The notes below the pieces were generated by a model. It saw nothing but the letters and a program-made list of their open reading frames with translations. It did not search any database and was not told where the DNA came from. A stretch of DNA of 64,000 bases from Escherichia phage Mangalyan, in the sequence record OR449013, one strand, 5' to 3'. The position numbers and the translations under genes were made by a program. This document shows positions 61,715-64,000 of the stretch, in pieces (the stretch's first letter is position 1; each line of letters starts with the position of its first letter).

Positions 61715-62079
61715 TATTTGTCTCCTTGTTCTTCGTTAGTGTTTGCCGTGTGTGCAAACCCTGCTTGAATTAATTTGTCCTGAACTTGAGCCAACAGGCC
61801 CATTGCAAAACTTGTGGTCCCAGAGAGGGCCATCAGCATATCTCGTTGTTGAGCTACCCAACCTAAGGCATAGTCCAAACGACGATATTTTTCTTCTTCA
61901 CGCAGAGCCTGAAATAATTGTTCAGCCTCCGGTTGTTGTGTGAGCTCCTGAAGTCTTCCCATGAAAGAAGAAAGCACTAGCAAAAGAGACACTTGATCTT
62001 TACTTAACCCTAAGAAAAATTCTTGAGGTTGTTCTTGCTCGTTCATCGCAACCGACGCTTGATCGTTCATTTGTTCCAT
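61714..62079 (-). CDS. hypothetical protein (121 aa)
   Basis: ATG preceded by ATCGGAGATTCC; overlaps downstream start. Confidence 0.5.
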   Translation of the reverse strand: MEQMNDQASVAMNEQEQPQEFFLGLSKDQVSLLLVLSSFMGRLQELTQQPEAEQLFQALREEEKYRRLDYALGWVAQQRDMLMALSGTTSFAMGLLAQVQDKLIQAGFAHTANTNEEQGDK

Positions 62080-62162
62080 TATGGAATCTCCGATTTTATT
62101 TGAACAACATAGAAGGAGACACTATTTTAGCATCCCCTTCTGTAAATTACAATAGGTATTTG

Positions 62163-62408
62163 TTAGCCAATCACTTCGAAAGTTCCCCAATTCCCGTCCA
62201 GCAGGCAGGTGATCGGATCCCCATCGTCGTCAAAGATTTCAAAGTTTTCAGCATCCAGGATGTGGCCCTCGAACACAATACTTTCGTCGCCACCACCAGA
62301 AATAACAGCGTATTCCTTACCTTGAGTCAAGTTTTGACACCCTTTGCCACCAAAACCTACTTCAACACAACGTACTTTCTGTCCTGCGCGAGCAACTACT
62401 TCAGTCAT
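62163..62408 (-). CDS. hypothetical protein (81 aa)
   Basis: ATG preceded by TCAGGAGACC. Confidence 0.5.
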   Translation of the reverse strand: MTEVVARAGQKVRCVEVGFGGKGCQNLTQGKEYAVISGGGDESIVFEGHILDAENFEIFDDDGDPITCLLDGNWGTFEVIG

Positions 62409-62425
62409 CTTAAGGTCTCCTGATA

Positions 62426-62746
62426 TTAATCGTCAAGTTCAAAATAGATTTTAACAGCTTCATCAAAGATTGGAATCCCGATGTTGTTAATAAGCTGCCA
62501 AACTACCATATCTTTACCTGGGTCGGGGAGAATGTCAACCTTTCTCCATGCGCTGTATATCCAGTTCGGACCACCTTCTGCACTAACTGGCAGATTTTCA
62601 CCAGCCTCCTGCAGATACTTATACAGCAAAAGATATTCTGGATACTCTAGAACACTGTCCTCTGTAGTATATAGCAGTTCACGGTATACTTTTAAGAACC
62701 CTGCGGGGGTGATGTTTTCAGTCTTCATTTGCTGCTTCTCCTGCAT
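62426..62746 (-). CDS. hypothetical protein (106 aa)
   Basis: ATG preceded by AGGAGAAGCAGC. Confidence 0.5.
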   Translation of the reverse strand: MQEKQQMKTENITPAGFLKVYRELLYTTEDSVLEYPEYLLLYKYLQEAGENLPVSAEGGPNWIYSAWRKVDILPDPGKDMVVWQLINNIGIPIFDEAVKIYFELDD

Positions 62747-63110
62747 TCATCAGATCTGCCATAGCGTCACCCACGAAGAGAACAACCACATCGTTGACAG
62801 CGTCAGCATCATCTTTGTTGACGTTGCTGAATTTAGGACACACAGCAATGATCATATAGACACCGTTACCAACTTGAACTGTCCGTGTGGTGCACATCAT
62901 GGCGGTATTTGTGCCTTCTTTGAAGGCGAAGCCTTGAAGACGCTCCTCTAAAGTGTTACCGGTAGATTTCAGAAGCGCCAGCTCGTCCAAGGCATAGATG
63001 ATATCTCCGGAAGTTAGTGTTGCCTTGCCATCAGACACCATAATCACTCCATCAGCACCATCAAACTTAGAGGCTTCAAAGATATCGATATCCCAAATAT
63101 TTTTCATCAC
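62718..63110 (-). CDS. hypothetical protein (130 aa)
   Basis: ATG preceded by GAGGAAGCG. Confidence 0.5.
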   Translation of the reverse strand: MMKNIWDIDIFEASKFDGADGVIMVSDGKATLTSGDIIYALDELALLKSTGNTLEERLQGFAFKEGTNTAMMCTTRTVQVGNGVYMIIAVCPKFSNVNKDDADAVNDVVVLFVGDAMADLMNAGEAANED

Positions 63111-63439
63111 GCTTCCTCATCATCTAAGTAATCATCAAGAGAGGTGAAGATTTCACCGAAGTATTCTAAGATTTCTAGCTCACGTGTGGTGCAGCAAACA
63201 TAATCGCCTTGGTCGTCCTTAATAGTGGCCTCTTTACCCAGAATATCTACTTCAAGTTCATCGTTCAACAGGACGGCCCCTGTGTAAACTTTGTCAGCTG
63301 TGCAGTCCCGAAAAGCAGAGTCCTTCTCCAGATAGTCTGGCTTAACCTTGGCTTTAATTCGTTGATATTGTTTGGTCATTGCTGTGGTCCCCTTTCGTTT
63401 TGATAGGGCCATTATAGTAGGCCCTATGACTGTTGTCAA
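63107..63439 (-). CDS. small protein, tandem paralogue family C (110 aa)
   Basis: KPDYLEKDSAFRDCT ... DDQGDYVCCT parallels KPECVENDRAFKDCT ... DDEGDSVWCT of 63443-63697. Confidence 0.55.
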   Translation of the reverse strand: MTTVIGPTIMALSKRKGTTAMTKQYQRIKAKVKPDYLEKDSAFRDCTADKVYTGAVLLNDELEVDILGKEATIKDDQGDYVCCTTRELEILEYFGEIFTSLDDYLDDEEA

Positions 63440-63442
63440 GCA

Positions 63443-63697
63443 TTAATGTTCAGGTTTTACAAAAACTACTTCATTAACAGTGCACCAGACAGAGTCTCCT
63501 TCATCATCTTTAAAGGTAAGGCACTGTGCTGAGTTTTCCAACTCATCAAGCTCTTCCTGTGATAGAGGAGCTCCTTCTTCCAGAAGGGCTTTTACCAAAG
63601 GGTTCTCACAAAACTCTGCTTCATAAATTGCACCGATTGTGCAATCTTTAAAAGCTCGGTCATTTTCAACGCATTCTGGCTTCAGAGTAATTTTCAT
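63443..63697 (-). CDS. small protein, tandem paralogue family C (84 aa)
   Basis: see 63107-63439; ATG preceded by AAGGAGACCGC. Confidence 0.55.
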   Translation of the reverse strand: MKITLKPECVENDRAFKDCTIGAIYEAEFCENPLVKALLEEGAPLSQEELDELENSAQCLTFKDDEGDSVWCTVNEVVFVKPEH

Positions 63698-63797
63698 CTT
63701 AGCGGTCTCCTTAAGTGTTAAACAATCAACGCTCTGTTTGTGTGAAGCATCTTATATCTAATCTTACTTCCTGTCAACGACTATTTTCGATCATCCA

Positions 63798-64000
63798 CTA
63801 AGGATCAAGATAAGTTTGTTGACTTTTTGCCCACTGACAAACTTCATTGTACATCTGAACCTCGTTGTCCGTCAATTCACGAATAGGTTCATCTATACCC
63901 TCATTTTTATGGTAATCCCATTCTGCGTCTATCTCCCACAGCCATGACTTGTTGTCACCACGCTTACGCACACAGAAATCACCAGGGCGGCCTGCCAGTG
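63798..64000 (-). CDS. hypothetical protein, 3' portion only (gene start lies beyond window edge)
   Basis: frame open from window edge to TAA at about 63798; not in ORF track because its start is outside the window. Confidence 0.35.
   Translation of the reverse strand, partial: LAGRPGDFCVRKRGDNKSWLWEIDAEWDYHKNEGIDEPIRELTDNEVQMYNEVCQWAKSQQTYLDP

Noticed and set aside
1-64000. Integrase, transposase, toxin-antitoxin pair or prophage att sites
   Set aside because: No tyrosine/serine recombinase or DDE motifs recognised; the only mobile-element-type genes are homing endonucleases and the group I intron

Overview
This 64-kb window reads as part of a virulent tailed-phage (Caudoviricetes) genome with host-like sigma70 promoters, about 42% GC, and no rRNA, tRNA, CRISPR array, integrase or transposase. 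Gene layout: a short leftward block (141-2950), a long rightward block (3051-42303), a 2.4-kb ORF-free repeat-rich convergence zone (42304-44733), and a leftward block of mostly small monocistronic genes (44734 to window end). Recognisable content: an RNA-repair trio (Rnl1-type RNA ligase plus separate P-loop kinase and metallophosphoesterase), a Sir2-family protein, MazG-like protein, ATP-dependent ligase, lambda R-type endolysin, T7 gp6-like exonuclease, RuvC-like and endonuclease VII-like resolvases, a DEDD exonuclease, two gamma-class DNA methyltransferase domains, dNMP-kinase-like and HAD hydrolase genes, ThyX, aerobic RNR (NrdA/NrdB/glutaredoxin), anaerobic RNR (NrdD/NrdG), PhoH, a ClpP-like peptidase, a ribosome hibernation factor (HPF) homologue, a macro-domain protein and an SSB-like protein. 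nrdD is interrupted by a group I intron carrying an HNH homing endonuclease, followed by a GIY-YIG-like (T5orf172-type) gene. Most interesting beyond named genes: the RNA-repair / Sir2 / macro set, the phage HPF, a large expansion of small acidic paralogues, a palindrome array at 1424-1532, iteron-like repeats in the convergence zone, two tandem ~85-nt promoter-driven structured units at 55.5 kb, and recurrent GC hairpins at the 5' ends of leftward transcripts. All functional calls are from motifs read by eye and remembered families; no database search was run. Coordinates of non-CDS features are good to about +/-2 nt.
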